DNA of 64,000 nucleotides from assembly GCA_024763215.1 (NCBI GenBank), contig JANTFX010000001.1, forward strand, positions 27,816-91,815, given 5' to 3'. Under the pieces are notes generated by a model. It was not told the origin of the DNA. It did no database searches and saw only the letters and a program-made list of their open reading frames with translations. This DNA comes from Candidatus Krumholzibacteriia bacterium. GTDB taxonomy: Bacteria; Krumholzibacteriota; Krumholzibacteriia; LZORAL124-64-63. The translations under genes and the position numbers were made by a program. Every line of letters begins with the position of its first letter. The stretch's first letter is position 1. This document shows, piece after piece, positions 9,007-19,864 of this stretch.

Positions 9007-9551
9007 GGGTCTTCCTGGGTGTCAAGCTGCCGGACCAGCTCCGCGGCGAACTGACAGCGCGACTTGACGCCCTGCCCGGGCTGCCTCCCTTGCGCTGGGC
9101 GGCCCCCGAACGCTGGCATCTGACCCTGCAGTTCCTCGGCGAGTGGCCGCCAGAGCGATGCATCCAGCTGGGAAATCATCTTTTACGGTCAGAGCTGGAT
9201 CCCGCGTTCGAGGTGCGGATCGGAGCGGTGGGCCAGTTCCCGGCCCGCGGCCCGGTGCGGGTGCTTTACTTGCATCTGGACGGGGGCACGAGGTTGCCCG
9301 CACTGGCGGAGAAGGTTCGCACTGCCGTGGATGCGGCCTGGCCGGACGGCCCCCAGGATCGCAAACCGTTCCGTCCCCACCTGACCCTGGCGCGCGGGGC
9401 CAGGAAGCCGGTGCCCATGGTCCTGCCGGAAATCGGCGGGGATCCGCCCCTGCCGTCCTGGCGCGTGGATGGATTCAGCCTCTTCTCGAGCGAGCTGACA
9501 CCGCGGGGTCCGATCTACCGGGAAGAGGCTTTTTTCGGACTGCGAAAATAA
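9003..9551 (+). CDS. thpR: RNA 2',3'-cyclic phosphodiesterase (LigT/ThpR, 2H phosphoesterase)
   Basis: Two H-x-T/S-x motifs, HLTLQF and HLTLAR. About 180 aa. The cinA-ligT-recA arrangement is common. Confidence 0.85.
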   Translation: MRVFLGVKLPDQLRGELTARLDALPGLPPLRWAAPERWHLTLQFLGEWPPERCIQLGNHLLRSELDPAFEVRIGAVGQFPARGPVRVLYLHLDGGTRLPALAEKVRTAVDAAWPDGPQDRKPFRPHLTLARGARKPVPMVLPEIGGDPPLPSWRVDGFSLFSSELTPRGPIYREEAFFGLRK

Positions 9552-9564
9552 GGCGAAAAACTGT

Positions 9565-9594
9565 TTGCACGCCTGCGGGCATCCGTGCTATCTT
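9565..9594 (+). promoter_or_regulatory. Candidate sigma-70 promoter for recA: TTGCAC, 18-nt spacer, TATCTT.
   Basis: Sequence match about 100 nt upstream of the recA ATG. No canonical LexA/Cheo box was recognised nearby. Confidence 0.35.
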
Positions 9595-9696
9595 CTGCCG
9601 GTTCCTTCAGCACTTTTGCCATGGTCCTGGAGGCGGCATCACATCATCAACCGGGCCGGTACGGGCCTGCCACCGGCCGACAGGAGCGAAGTTCAC

Positions 9697-10806
<1,110 letters not shown>

Positions 10807-10826
10807 CAACCAAGGTAGGGACCAGG

Positions 10827-11555
10827 GTGAAACCTCGCCGTCCTGCGCGCGGTCAGCCGCGCCCTCGGCAGCACACCATAGGTAACCAGCAGCCGGGCAA
10901 CCCCGCGGGGGAGGCCCGGCTGCTCGGCGTTGACCGTGTGGGCCGGACGGTGGTGGTGGTGCTGGCCGACGGCCGGAGCTTCGAGCTCGACCAGCAGAGC
11001 TTGCCCGACCGGTTGCCGCCGGTCGGCCAGGTGGTGCCCGCGGAGGTCGTGGCCCAGCTCGAGGCCGCCCGGCAGCGGAAGCTGGCCGCCAGGGATCTGA
11101 TGACCATGCTGGGCAGAAGCCTGCAACCGGTGGCGCGGTTGAGGCGGAAGCTCCTGGACAAGGGCCATGCACCCGAGGCGGTGGAGCAGGTCCTGGACAT
11201 GATGCAATCCCGGGGGCTGTGTTCGGACCGCGCCTACGCGGAGGCCTATTGCCGGGACACGTTGCGGGCCAAGGCGGTGGGGTCGGGATATCTGGTGGCG
11301 CGCTTGCGGTCCCGTCAGGTACCATCGGCTGTGGCCAGGGAGGCGGTGGCCGCCACTCTGGACCCTGAACAGGAACAGGAGCTGGCCCTGCAGGCCGCCA
11401 CCGTCAGGTGGCGCCGCCTGGGGGGGGAGGCCGATGTGGCCGCCCTGGCCAAGGTCGTCAGGTATCTGCTGGGCAGGGGGTTTTCACCCGCCGTGGCCAA
11501 TGCCGCGGCCCGCCGGGCCCGGCCGGATTCCCCGGGAGGAACGGACGCGACATGA
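10827..11555 (+). CDS. recX: RecA regulator RecX
   Basis: Immediately downstream of recA. Alpha-helical repeat protein, about 240 aa, with typical RecX C-terminal repeats (LLGRGFSPAVANAA). Confidence 0.75.
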   Translation: MKPRRPARGQPRPRQHTIGNQQPGNPAGEARLLGVDRVGRTVVVVLADGRSFELDQQSLPDRLPPVGQVVPAEVVAQLEAARQRKLAARDLMTMLGRSLQPVARLRRKLLDKGHAPEAVEQVLDMMQSRGLCSDRAYAEAYCRDTLRAKAVGSGYLVARLRSRQVPSAVAREAVAATLDPEQEQELALQAATVRWRRLGGEADVAALAKVVRYLLGRGFSPAVANAAARRARPDSPGGTDAT

Positions 11556-12418
11556 GGATCCTCGTCACAGGTTGTGAAGGGATGCTCGGGCGGGCGGTCA
11601 CCAGCTGTCTGTCCCCGGCCCACCAGGTACGTGGAGTCGACCTGAAGGACGGCGACCTGGCCGACAGGAAGGTCGCCACCCGGATCCTGGAGGGTGTGCG
11701 GCCGGACTGGGTCGTCAACTGCGCGGCCTGGACCGACGTGGACGGCGCGGAGGAACACCGCGAGCAGGCCCTGGCCGCGAACGCGGACCTCCCGGCCAAC
11801 CTGTCGCGCCTTTGCGACCGCCTGGGTTGCGGTTTGACCCACCTGAGCACCGACTACGTTTTTTCAGGAGTGGGCAGAGGGTTTGCCGAGGACAGCCCCC
11901 GCGCGCCTGTGAATCATTACGGGTTGACCAAGGCCAGAGGCGAGGAAGCCGTAGAACGGATGACCTCCCCGTGGCAGATCGTCAGGACGAGCTGGCTGTT
12001 CGGGGACGGGCCCCGTAATTTCGTGCGGACCATCGCGGGATTGCTTTCCCGGCGCAGGATGATCAGGGTGGTCGATGATCAGCGGGGCAACCCCACCTAC
12101 ACCGAGGACCTGGCGGCGGTGATCGAGTTCCTTGTCACGGGGGGCCACCGTGGTATCTTTCACGCCACCAACAGCGGTGTGTGCACCTGGTGGGAATTCG
12201 CACGGGCCATCGCGGCCGAAGCCGGCTGCGATCCGGAGCGGGTCCAGCCTTGCCCCAGCAGCGAATACCCGCGGCCCGCGCCGCGGCCTGCGTGCTCCAT
12301 CCTGGAAAGCGGCCGACTGGAAGCTGTCGGGTGCCCGGCGCGCCCGCCCTGGCGGGACGCCCTGTCCCGGTACTACCGCTTGTTGGTGTCCGATGAGGCC
12401 CGTTATCGGTTGGATTGA
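11552..12418 (+). CDS. rmlD: dTDP-4-dehydrorhamnose reductase
   Basis: Start reassigned to ATG 11552 (RBS GGGAGGA; overlaps the recX stop). N-terminal Rossmann fold MRILVTGCEGMLG. The RmlD core NCAAWTDVD...YVFSG...YGLTKARGE. Confidence 0.85.
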   Translation: MRILVTGCEGMLGRAVTSCLSPAHQVRGVDLKDGDLADRKVATRILEGVRPDWVVNCAAWTDVDGAEEHREQALAANADLPANLSRLCDRLGCGLTHLSTDYVFSGVGRGFAEDSPRAPVNHYGLTKARGEEAVERMTSPWQIVRTSWLFGDGPRNFVRTIAGLLSRRRMIRVVDDQRGNPTYTEDLAAVIEFLVTGGHRGIFHATNSGVCTWWEFARAIAAEAGCDPERVQPCPSSEYPRPAPRPACSILESGRLEAVGCPARPPWRDALSRYYRLLVSDEARYRLD

Positions 12419-12476
12419 TGCCGGCGGTGGCGCCGTGGATGATCGGGGGGCGGTTACGCCCCGGGAAAGGACGCTC

Positions 12477-13088
12477 ATGAAACCCAGTAACGACCGGACC
12501 GTGACCCCTGCCCAGAGCCAGGCCTTCCGGGCGGCGGTGGATTCGCTGACCTCGGTGCTGGGCGCCCTTGGGGCAGAGCACCTGCAGGCGGTCGCCGACC
12601 TCGCCGCGGATGTCCGCGCCGCCTGGGCCGCGGGGGGGAAGTTCCTGGTTTGCGGCAACGGGGGCAGCGCGGCCGACAGCCAGCACATCGTGGCCGAGCT
12701 GGTGGGCCGTTTCATGTCCGAGCGCCGGGGGTATCCGGCCCTGGCTCTGACCACCAACACTTCGACCCTGACCGCGGTGAGCAACGATTACGGCTTCGAC
12801 CGGGTATTCGCCCGGCAGGTGCAGGCCCTTGGCGGCAAGGACGATGTTCTGCTGGTGATCTCGACCTCGGGGAATTCCGCCAATTGCATCCAGGCCGTGG
12901 CGGCCGCCAGGGAGCACCGCATGCGCGTGCACGCCTTTCTGGGCGGCACGGGCGGCGCCCTGGCTCCGCTGGCGGATTCGGCGTTGGTCGTGCCCAGCGA
13001 CAGCACGCCCAGGATCCAGGAAGTTCATATCGCCATGGGGCATCTGTTGTGCGGGCTGCTGGATCTGCCGGATGGGGAAGGGGCATGA
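12477..13088 (+). CDS. gmhA: D-sedoheptulose-7-phosphate isomerase (SIS domain)
   Basis: Start at ATG 12477. The GmhA motifs CGNGGSAADSQH, VISTSGNSAN and ELVGRF. About 203 aa. Confidence 0.85.
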   Translation: MKPSNDRTVTPAQSQAFRAAVDSLTSVLGALGAEHLQAVADLAADVRAAWAAGGKFLVCGNGGSAADSQHIVAELVGRFMSERRGYPALALTTNTSTLTAVSNDYGFDRVFARQVQALGGKDDVLLVISTSGNSANCIQAVAAAREHRMRVHAFLGGTGGALAPLADSALVVPSDSTPRIQEVHIAMGHLLCGLLDLPDGEGA

Positions 13089-14605
13089 TCACCCTGCCCG
13101 GAGAAAGCGGCAACGCGCCGCCGGCAGGCTCCGGGAGGCGATCCGGACGCGGCTCCGTGGTCGAGATCGCCCTGTTGATCCTCGTGGACATGGTCATGCT
13201 CGAGGCCGCCTTCCTGTCCACCTACTGGTTCCGTTTCCACAGCGGCATCTGGCTGGTGCCCCTGGGCATCCCGCCCCTGGGCGCCTACCTGGTGGCCGGC
13301 CTGGTGGTCCTGGTGGTGTTCTTCGGGATCTTCTACTTCAGCGGCATGTACACCGAGCGGGGCGGGCGGACCCTGGAGGACGATCTGGTGGGGTTGTTCA
13401 AGGGGGTGGTGCTGGGCAGCCTGCTGGTGCTGGCTCTGGCGTTCTTCCTGCGCACCTTGACCTTCAGCCGTTCCTTCTTCGGGCTGTTCTTCCTGTCGAC
13501 CTTCGTGTTCCTGACCCTGGGGCGTATCATCGCGCGCCTCGTGTTGCGGAAGGTCGTGCACTGGGAGGGCAACGCGGTCAGGACGCTCCTGGTCGGGGCC
13601 AGCCCCATGCGCCATCGCCTGCTGTGGTTGACGCGCGAGTTTCCCGCCCTTGCCATGAGGCCGGTGGGGTGGCTCGAGGTGCCGGGCGAGGAAGCGACCG
13701 CCGCCTCCGAAGCCGCCGCCGACAGCGGCCTGCTCGACGCCAGCGGCCGCCGCAAGGGTGGGGGCGGACTGCCCTTGCCGCCACGCCTGGGGTCGGTGGA
13801 ATCGGTGCGCCGGGTGGTGCAGGATCAAGGCATCGACCTGGTGGTGCTGACGGTCTCTTTCGCGGACCTGCAGGTGGTCACCGAGGTTTCCCGGGCCCTG
13901 GCCAACCTCAACGTGGATATCCAGTTCATCCCTGACCTGCCCGCCCTGCACACCAGCCGGATGCGGTTGCGGGAGATCGGCGGGATCCCCTTCATAAGCG
14001 TACGGGAAGCGGCCATGAGCCCCGTGGACAGGGTGGTCAAGCGGACCTTCGACCTGGCCGCCGCGGGTGCGGGGCTGCTCCTGCTTTCGCCGGTGATGGC
14101 GCTGATTGCGGCCCTTATCAAGCTGGGCTCCCCGGGGCCCGTATTCTACGGGCAGAAGCGCATGGGCAGGGACGGTCAGGAGTTCCGGATGATCAAGTTC
14201 CGCAGCATGCGGACCGATGCCGAAGCGGCCAGCGGTCCGGTCTGGACGACCGCGGAGGATCCCCGGGTGACAGGGATCGGTCGTTTCCTGCGCCGGTACA
14301 GCCTGGACGAACTGCCCCAGCTCTGGAACGTCGTCAAGGGCGACATGAGCCTGGTCGGCCCCCGGCCCGAACGCAGGGTTTTCGTCGAACAGTTCATGCA
14401 GCAGATGCCGCGCTATTTCGAACGCCACCGCGTCAAGTCGGGCATGACCGGTTGGGCCCAGGTCCACGGCCTGCGGGGCAACACCAGCATCCAGGAGCGG
14501 ACCTACTACGACCTTCACTATCTGGAAAACTGGTCGCTGGGTCTGGATGTCAAGATCCTGCTGATGACCTTGCACCATGTTCTGCGCGGGGAGAACGCCT
14601 ACTGA
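13085..14605 (+). CDS. Polyprenyl-phosphate hexose-1-phosphate transferase (WbaP/WcaJ-type 'bacterial sugar transferase', the initiating enzyme of polysaccharide synthesis)
   Basis: Start at ATG 13085, overlapping the gmhA stop. An N-terminal multi-TM region. The C-terminal catalytic domain KRxFDxxxA...LSPVMALIALLIKLGSPGPVFYGQKRMG...MRTDAE...DELPQLWNVVKGDMSLVGPRPE. Confidence 0.88.
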   Translation: MITLPGESGNAPPAGSGRRSGRGSVVEIALLILVDMVMLEAAFLSTYWFRFHSGIWLVPLGIPPLGAYLVAGLVVLVVFFGIFYFSGMYTERGGRTLEDDLVGLFKGVVLGSLLVLALAFFLRTLTFSRSFFGLFFLSTFVFLTLGRIIARLVLRKVVHWEGNAVRTLLVGASPMRHRLLWLTREFPALAMRPVGWLEVPGEEATAASEAAADSGLLDASGRRKGGGGLPLPPRLGSVESVRRVVQDQGIDLVVLTVSFADLQVVTEVSRALANLNVDIQFIPDLPALHTSRMRLREIGGIPFISVREAAMSPVDRVVKRTFDLAAAGAGLLLLSPVMALIAALIKLGSPGPVFYGQKRMGRDGQEFRMIKFRSMRTDAEAASGPVWTTAEDPRVTGIGRFLRRYSLDELPQLWNVVKGDMSLVGPRPERRVFVEQFMQQMPRYFERHRVKSGMTGWAQVHGLRGNTSIQERTYYDLHYLENWSLGLDVKILLMTLHHVLRGENAY

Positions 14606-15498
14606 TGAAACAGTTGCTGGTCTTTTTCGAGAATCTGCGTCCCCGCCAGTGGACCAAGAACCTGCTGCTGTTCGCCGGGGTGATCTTCGCGCGCAAGCTG
14701 GGAGACCCCCATTGTGTCCTGCGCGCGGCGCTGGGGGCGGTGGTGTTCTGCTTCAGCTCGGGAGTGGTGTACGTCTACAACGACTACCGGGATATCCACC
14801 TCGACCGCCTGCATCCGGTCAAAAGGCTGCGGCCTCTGGCCTCGGGCCGCCTGGAGCCAGTGTTCGCCATGAGGGCAGGCGTGGTCCTGATGATCTTGTG
14901 CCTGGTCGCCGCCGCCCTGCTGGGGCCGCTCTTCCTGGGTGCGGTGGCGTTTTTCTTCCTCTGGAACTGGGCCTATACCAACTTCTTCAAGAAGCTTCCG
15001 GTCCTGGATGTCATCGGCATCGGCATGAGCTTCGTGATCAGGGCCAGCGCCGGGGTCTTCGTCCTGCTGCCCATCCACCCGGAGGTGGGCATATCCATCT
15101 GGCTGCTGCTGTGCACCTTCTTCCTGTCGTTGTTCCTGGGCTTTTGCAAGCGCCGGGACGAATTGCTGCGGATTGTGATCGCCGAGGGTGAAACCCGGCC
15201 GGCCCTGCGGGGTTACAACGAACCGTTCCTGAACGCCATGATCGGGGTGAGCTTCGCCCTGACCACCATGATGTACGCCCTGTACACGGTCTGGCCGGAT
15301 ACGGTGCGCCAGTTCGGGACCAAGGATCTGATCTATACCCTGCCTTTCGTGCTGGCGGGGATGGGGCGCTACCTGTACCTGGTTTTTCTGGAGGACCGGG
15401 GGGGGCGGCCCCACGAGATCCTGTTGACGGATTTCCTGCTGCAGACGGTGGTCATCGGGTGGATCCTGGTGGCGATCCGCGTCATCGGAACCTCGTGA
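14605..15498 (+). CDS. UbiA-family prenyltransferase (decaprenyl-phosphate phosphoribosyltransferase-like)
   Basis: Start at ATG 14605, overlapping the upstream stop. The Asp-rich UbiA motif YNDYRDIHLD. 8-9 TM helices. Its placement in a glycan cluster suggests a polyprenyl-phosphate sugar product. The specific substrate is an inference. Confidence 0.7.
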   Translation: MKQLLVFFENLRPRQWTKNLLLFAGVIFARKLGDPHCVLRAALGAVVFCFSSGVVYVYNDYRDIHLDRLHPVKRLRPLASGRLEPVFAMRAGVVLMILCLVAAALLGPLFLGAVAFFFLWNWAYTNFFKKLPVLDVIGIGMSFVIRASAGVFVLLPIHPEVGISIWLLLCTFFLSLFLGFCKRRDELLRIVIAEGETRPALRGYNEPFLNAMIGVSFALTTMMYALYTVWPDTVRQFGTKDLIYTLPFVLAGMGRYLYLVFLEDRGGRPHEILLTDFLLQTVVIGWILVAIRVIGTS

Positions 15499-15540
15499 CC
15501 ACGAACCGGATCCGGTCGCGGTACCCGGAGGGGAGGATGC

Positions 15541-16377
15541 ATGTCGGCAATTGTAGGGCTGGTGGCCGCGCGGCCCGAGACCATTTTCGAGGACTACCGG
15601 CGCGTGCTGGCGTTGGGCCAGGTCGCTCCGCCGGAATCCGGCGACCCGCTGCAGATGGTGACCCTGGATGCCGGGGGGGATCCCGGCTTCAGTTCACCTC
15701 CCTGGCAGCTCGATGGCGTGGCCAGGGCCTGGGGGCTGGCACCCGGGGGTTTTCAGCTCCTGGACTTGCCCGGGCTCTGCCCCGCCGGGAGGGGGCGGAA
15801 AACGCCCCCTGCACCCGGTGGCAGGATGATCCTGCTGGCGGTCCCCGGCCTGGAGACGGGGTGGGGTGTCCGTGGCGCCGTGGCCATGTGGGCCGCCGCC
15901 GGAGGCGAACCGGTCGCCGATCCGCGCCCGGGGCCCGGGCATCTGGCCAGGGTTCCGCGCGGGATGACAGGGGGCAGACCCGCGGTCGTATGCGACGGCA
16001 TCCTGTGGGGGGTGGGGGGCGGTTCAACCGGGAAGGGGTACCTTGAGCGGAACGTGCTGCTGGCCGGCAACGATCCCGTGGCCGTCGACAGCATCGCCCT
16101 GCAACTGGCGGGCATGGACCCCGCCCGTTTTCCCTGGTTGCAGATGATGCAGGATGCGGGCCTGGGCACGTGTGAGGCGGCACGCATCGAGGTTCGCGGC
16201 CATACCGACCTGCTGGACCGGCCTTTCAGCGGAGCGCAGTGGTGCGGCCCGGGGGCCTGCCGGAACCTGGGGGGAATCTCCTGGCCGGACCTGCTCTGGC
16301 GTCTCTGGAGCCGCAAGAGGATCCTGCGGCGGTATCGTGAATCCGCCTGGGGCCGTTTGGCCCTGACCTGTCAATGA
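15541..16377 (+). CDS. Hypothetical protein, possibly DUF362 family
   Basis: Strong RBS GGAGGGGAGG. A C-terminal block (GNDPVAVDSIALQLAGMDP...GLGTCEAARIEVRG) resembles the DUF362 signature. No other motif was recognised. Confidence 0.5.
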   Translation: MSAIVGLVAARPETIFEDYRRVLALGQVAPPESGDPLQMVTLDAGGDPGFSSPPWQLDGVARAWGLAPGGFQLLDLPGLCPAGRGRKTPPAPGGRMILLAVPGLETGWGVRGAVAMWAAAGGEPVADPRPGPGHLARVPRGMTGGRPAVVCDGILWGVGGGSTGKGYLERNVLLAGNDPVAVDSIALQLAGMDPARFPWLQMMQDAGLGTCEAARIEVRGHTDLLDRPFSGAQWCGPGACRNLGGISWPDLLWRLWSRKRILRRYRESAWGRLALTCQ

Positions 16378-16398
16378 AATCAACCGTGGAGTTCCCGC

Positions 16399-17349
16399 AT
16401 GAACAAGGACATATACCGGCAGGGGCGGCATCGCGTGGGGCGTACGGTCGTCATGGAGGCGCCGGCCAAGGTGAATCTGCACCTGGAGGTGCTGAAGCAG
16501 CGTCATGACGGGTACCACGAGATCGAGACCGTTCTGCAGGCGGTCGAGCTCTGCGACCAGGTGGCCGTAACCCTCGAGGACAGATTCCCGGGAGGAGCAC
16601 CCGAGATCAGCCTCCGCGTGGAAAGCGGTCCGTGGAACTTGCCCGCGGATGAGACCAATCTCTGCTGGCGGGCCGCCCGCCATTTCTGCCGGGAAACGGG
16701 GATGTCGGGTTCGCTGCAGTTGGAACTGCGCAAGGCCATCCCCCCCGCAGCCGGCCTCGGTGGCGGCAGCAGCGACGCGGCGGCGGTGCTGGCCGCCTGC
16801 AACGACCTGTTCGCAACCGGATTGGATGCCTCGGAGCTCGAGGCGCTGGGCGCGGAGTTGGGCGCGGATGTGCCGTTTTTCATCCGCGGCGGGACGGCCC
16901 TGGGGCGGGGCATCGGGACGCGTTTGGCCGCCTTGCCTTTGATAAGATCCGGTCAATTCCTTATCGTTAAACCAGACATGGAGTTAAAAACAAACGAGGT
17001 TTACGCCAATCTCAAAATGGGATTGACAGTCAACAGCTCCAAGGCTAACATCCATGTCATCAAGTCCCAGTTGTCCCGGTTTCCAGCGCGGACGTGGCCG
17101 GGGTTCAACAGGCTTGAGGAAGTGGTGCTGCCCTGGGCGCCCCAGTTGCAACGGTTGGTGTTGCATCTGAGGGAAATGGCCCCGGTGGCGATGATGTCCG
17201 GCAGCGGCGCGGCGGTCGTGGCCGTGTTCCCGGACGGTTTCGATGCCGCAACGATCCGCAACGAGTATACGGAGGCCGGTTTTTTCGTCGCTATGGTTAA
17301 ACCGCGAACGTGCGGGGTGCGGGTCAAGGAGGTGGAAGCATCCGGATGA
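16399..17349 (+). CDS. ispE: 4-diphosphocytidyl-2-C-methyl-D-erythritol kinase
   Basis: The GHMP kinase family. APAKVNLHLEVLKQRHDGYHEIET and the PxxAGLGGGSSDAAA motif. The alternative start at 16456 lacks an RBS. Confidence 0.9.
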   Translation: MNKDIYRQGRHRVGRTVVMEAPAKVNLHLEVLKQRHDGYHEIETVLQAVELCDQVAVTLEDRFPGGAPEISLRVESGPWNLPADETNLCWRAARHFCRETGMSGSLQLELRKAIPPAAGLGGGSSDAAAVLAACNDLFATGLDASELEALGAELGADVPFFIRGGTALGRGIGTRLAALPLIRSGQFLIVKPDMELKTNEVYANLKMGLTVNSSKANIHVIKSQLSRFPARTWPGFNRLEEVVLPWAPQLQRLVLHLREMAPVAMMSGSGAAVVAVFPDGFDAATIRNEYTEAGFFVAMVKPRTCGVRVKEVEASG

Positions 17350-17390
17350 TTTGAGGTGCAGGTTCGGGTTCATTACGGAGAGGGAGAGCC

Positions 17391-17732
17391 TTGAATATTT
17401 CAGAGATCAGGATCACCTTGCGTGATGACAACAAGCTGAAGGGTTTCGCCAGCATCACCCTGGACAATGCGTTCGTCATCCGCGGACTGAAGATCATCGA
17501 GGGCGCTTCGGGCCTTTTCATCGCCATGCCGAGCCGCAAGCGGCGGGATGGGACCTTCCAGGACATCGCCCATCCCATCAACATGGAAACGCGCGAGGAC
17601 ATGGAACGGCAGGTCATCGCGGCTTACCGGCAGGAGATGCAGAAGGTGGAGAACGGCGAGGTTCCGCCTCCGGCCAGGCATGGCTCCTTCGAGGATGGCA
17701 ATCGTGATTCCGTGATGGAGGAGCGATTCTAG
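17391..17732 (+). CDS. spoVG: Septation protein SpoVG (TTG start)
   Basis: 113 aa. MNISEIRITLRDDNKLKGFASITLDNAFVIRGLKIIEG matches the SpoVG N-terminus. RBS GGAGAGGGAGAG. Confidence 0.88.
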   Translation: MNISEIRITLRDDNKLKGFASITLDNAFVIRGLKIIEGASGLFIAMPSRKRRDGTFQDIAHPINMETREDMERQVIAAYRQEMQKVENGEVPPPARHGSFEDGNRDSVMEERF

Positions 17733-17746
17733 CGGTCTGTTCTGGA

Positions 17747-17821
17747 TGGGGCGTCGTCAAGTGGTAAGACACAAGGTTTTGGTCCTTGCATTCGCGGGTT
17801 CGAATCCTGCCGCCCCAACCA
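17747..17821 (+). tRNA. tRNA-Gln (anticodon TTG)
   Basis: Acceptor TGGGGCG/CGCCCCA with U1:A72. Anticodon stem CAAGG/CCTTG with loop TTTTGGT. T-arm GCGGGTTCGAATCCTGC. CCA encoded. Confidence 0.88.
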
Positions 17822-17930
17822 GACACCCCCTCCCTGCGGAGGGTTTGTTTTTTCCCCCTTGCATCATTTTTCCTGCCGTGTTTTTTTCCTGCCGAAGCCT
17901 CTTTTCCTTCGCTCCCGAGAGGACCCCCAA

Positions 17931-18869
17931 ATGGCCAACGAATTGGTGATCATAGGCGGCACCGCCCACCCGGAGATGAGCGTGCGCATCGCCGAGCATC
18001 TCGGCGCCGATCTGTGCGATGTGGCGATCGACCGTTTTTCCGATGGCGAGATCCAGATCAAGATCAAGGAGAATATCCGCGGGACCGATGTCTTCATCGT
18101 GCAGCCGACCATGCCGCCGGCCGAGAACACCATGGAGCTGCTGCTGCTGCTCGACGCTGTGAGCAGGGCTTCCTGCCGCAGGGTCACCGCCGTCATCCCG
18201 TATTTCGGGTATGCCCGCCAGGACCGCAAGGACCAGCCCCGGGTGCCCATCGGGGCCAAGCTCATGGCCAAGCTGATCACCACCGCGGGTGCCCAGCGGG
18301 TGCTGACGATCGACCTGCACGCACCGCAGATCCAGGGGTTCTTCGACATCCCCCTCGACCACCTCTACTCGGCTCCCGTGCTGCTGAAGCATTTCCAGGA
18401 CTGGCCCCGGGAGAACCTGGCCGTGGTGGCCCCGGACGTGGGTTCCATCAAGATGGCCAGGGCGTTCGCCAAGCGTCTGCAGGCCAGCCTGGCCATCATC
18501 GACAAGCGCCGCCCCTGCCCCAACGAGGCCGAGGTCATGAACTTCATCGGCGACGTCCGCGACCGGGATGTGATCATCTTCGACGACATGATCGACACCG
18601 CCGGCACCCTGAGCGACGCCGTCCGGGAATGTGTCGAGGAGCAGGGCGCCCGCTCCGTGACCGCCTGCTGCACCCATCCCATCTTCAGCGGCCGGGCCCT
18701 GGAACGTCTGGAGGCCTCGCCGGTCAAGGAGGTGGTGGTCAGCAACACCATCCCCTTCGACCGGTTCCGGGAGTGCCCCAAGGTGAGGGTGCTCGACATG
18801 TCGGGGCTGCTGGCCGATGCCATCGAGAGGATCCACCTGGAAAAGACCGTCAGCGCGTTGTTCCTGTAG
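17931..18869 (+). CDS. prs: Ribose-phosphate pyrophosphokinase
   Basis: Start reassigned to ATG 17931 (protein begins MANELVIIGG). The PRPP-binding site DLHA and DDMIDTAGT. 312 aa. Confidence 0.95.
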   Translation: MANELVIIGGTAHPEMSVRIAEHLGADLCDVAIDRFSDGEIQIKIKENIRGTDVFIVQPTMPPAENTMELLLLLDAVSRASCRRVTAVIPYFGYARQDRKDQPRVPIGAKLMAKLITTAGAQRVLTIDLHAPQIQGFFDIPLDHLYSAPVLLKHFQDWPRENLAVVAPDVGSIKMARAFAKRLQASLAIIDKRRPCPNEAEVMNFIGDVRDRDVIIFDDMIDTAGTLSDAVRECVEEQGARSVTACCTHPIFSGRALERLEASPVKEVVVSNTIPFDRFRECPKVRVLDMSGLLADAIERIHLEKTVSALFL

Positions 18870-18905
18870 CTCGTGCTGCGGCGGCTGCGCCTGCCGGGGG
18901 CCAGC

Positions 18906-18935
18906 TTGACAGACACTTCGCATGGTGCTTACTTT
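18906..18935 (+). promoter_or_regulatory. Candidate sigma-70-type promoter upstream of ctc: TTGACA, 18-nt spacer, TACTTT.
   Basis: Sequence match only. The -10 element is weak. Confidence 0.3.
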
Positions 18936-19120
18936 ACCGTCCTTTTCCGGGATAAACGCCCCGCGGCGCGGAGTAGCCCTCCGTAGCAGCGAACCGCGGC
19001 CGTTCTTCCCATGCCGGCACCGCTGCTTATCGGGCAGCGGGCCAGAAGGTTCCTTGCCGCCGGTGCGGTGAGCCCTTTTCGCGACCCCGGACAGGGTCAC
19101 AATCTGCAAGGAGAGACGCC

Positions 19121-19786
19121 ATGGGTCTCGTCAGTCTGGAAATTCAATCCCGTACCGCGACCGGCAAGAACGTCAACCGCCGCCTGCGCGCGGCCGGACG
19201 TATCCCCGCGGTGTTGTACGGCAAGGGCCGTGACAGCGAACTGGTGAGCATCGATGCCCACAACTTCGGTGTCGTCATGACCCACCTGAGCGGCCGCACC
19301 GCCCTGTTCTCCATCGAACAGGAGGGCCGGGATGAGGAGATCACCGCCCTGTTGCGGGAAGTGCAACGGAATCCCGTCACCGACGAGGTTCTCCACGTGG
19401 ATCTGATGGAGATCCCCCGGGGCGTGCCGGTCACCGTGCCGGTGCAGATCGAGGTCACGGGCGATTGCAAGGCCATCAGGAACGGCGAGGCCACGCTGGC
19501 CCAGACCCTGGACGCGGTGGAGATCAGCGTCCGGCCCCGGGATCTGCCCGAATTCCTGGAGGTGGACATCAGCGAGATGGAGATGCACGACAAGGTGTAT
19601 GCCCGCGACCTGGATCTGCCGGCCGGCGAGCTGGTCACCGATCCGGACACGCTGGTCCTGAACATCAAGCCCCAGGTCATCTTCGAGGAGCCTGTCGAAG
19701 AGGGCGAGGGCGAGGAAGTCGCTGCTGAGGGCGAAGAGGGAGCCGAAGGCGGCGAAGAGCAGGAGAAGGCCCCGGAAGGCGAGTAG
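19121..19786 (+). CDS. rplY: 50S ribosomal protein L25 / general stress protein Ctc
   Basis: 221 aa with an acidic C-terminal extension. N-terminus LEIQSRTATGKNVNRRLRAAGRIPAVLYG. RBS AAGGAGAG. Confidence 0.9.
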   Translation: MGLVSLEIQSRTATGKNVNRRLRAAGRIPAVLYGKGRDSELVSIDAHNFGVVMTHLSGRTALFSIEQEGRDEEITALLREVQRNPVTDEVLHVDLMEIPRGVPVTVPVQIEVTGDCKAIRNGEATLAQTLDAVEISVRPRDLPEFLEVDISEMEMHDKVYARDLDLPAGELVTDPDTLVLNIKPQVIFEEPVEEGEGEEVAAEGEEGAEGGEEQEKAPEGE

Positions 19787-19864
19787 CAACCCGGGTGAGC
19801 GCGATGAGAAGGCCGGCCCAGCCTGGGTCGGCCTTCATCTTGACCGGACATGCAGGGGGTCGGG

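Noticed and set aside
9551-9600. Possible LexA/SOS box (CTGTTTGCACGCCTGC) upstream of recA
   Set aside because: The right half-site is CTGC, not ACAG, and it is not palindromic. It does not match a Cheo box either.
13025-14578. Long antisense ORF opposite the WbaP-like gene
   Set aside because: It is opposite a gene with unambiguous homology. It is a typical high-GC shadow ORF.
17757-19109. Long antisense ORF opposite prs
   Set aside because: It is opposite a gene with unambiguous homology. It is a typical high-GC shadow ORF.
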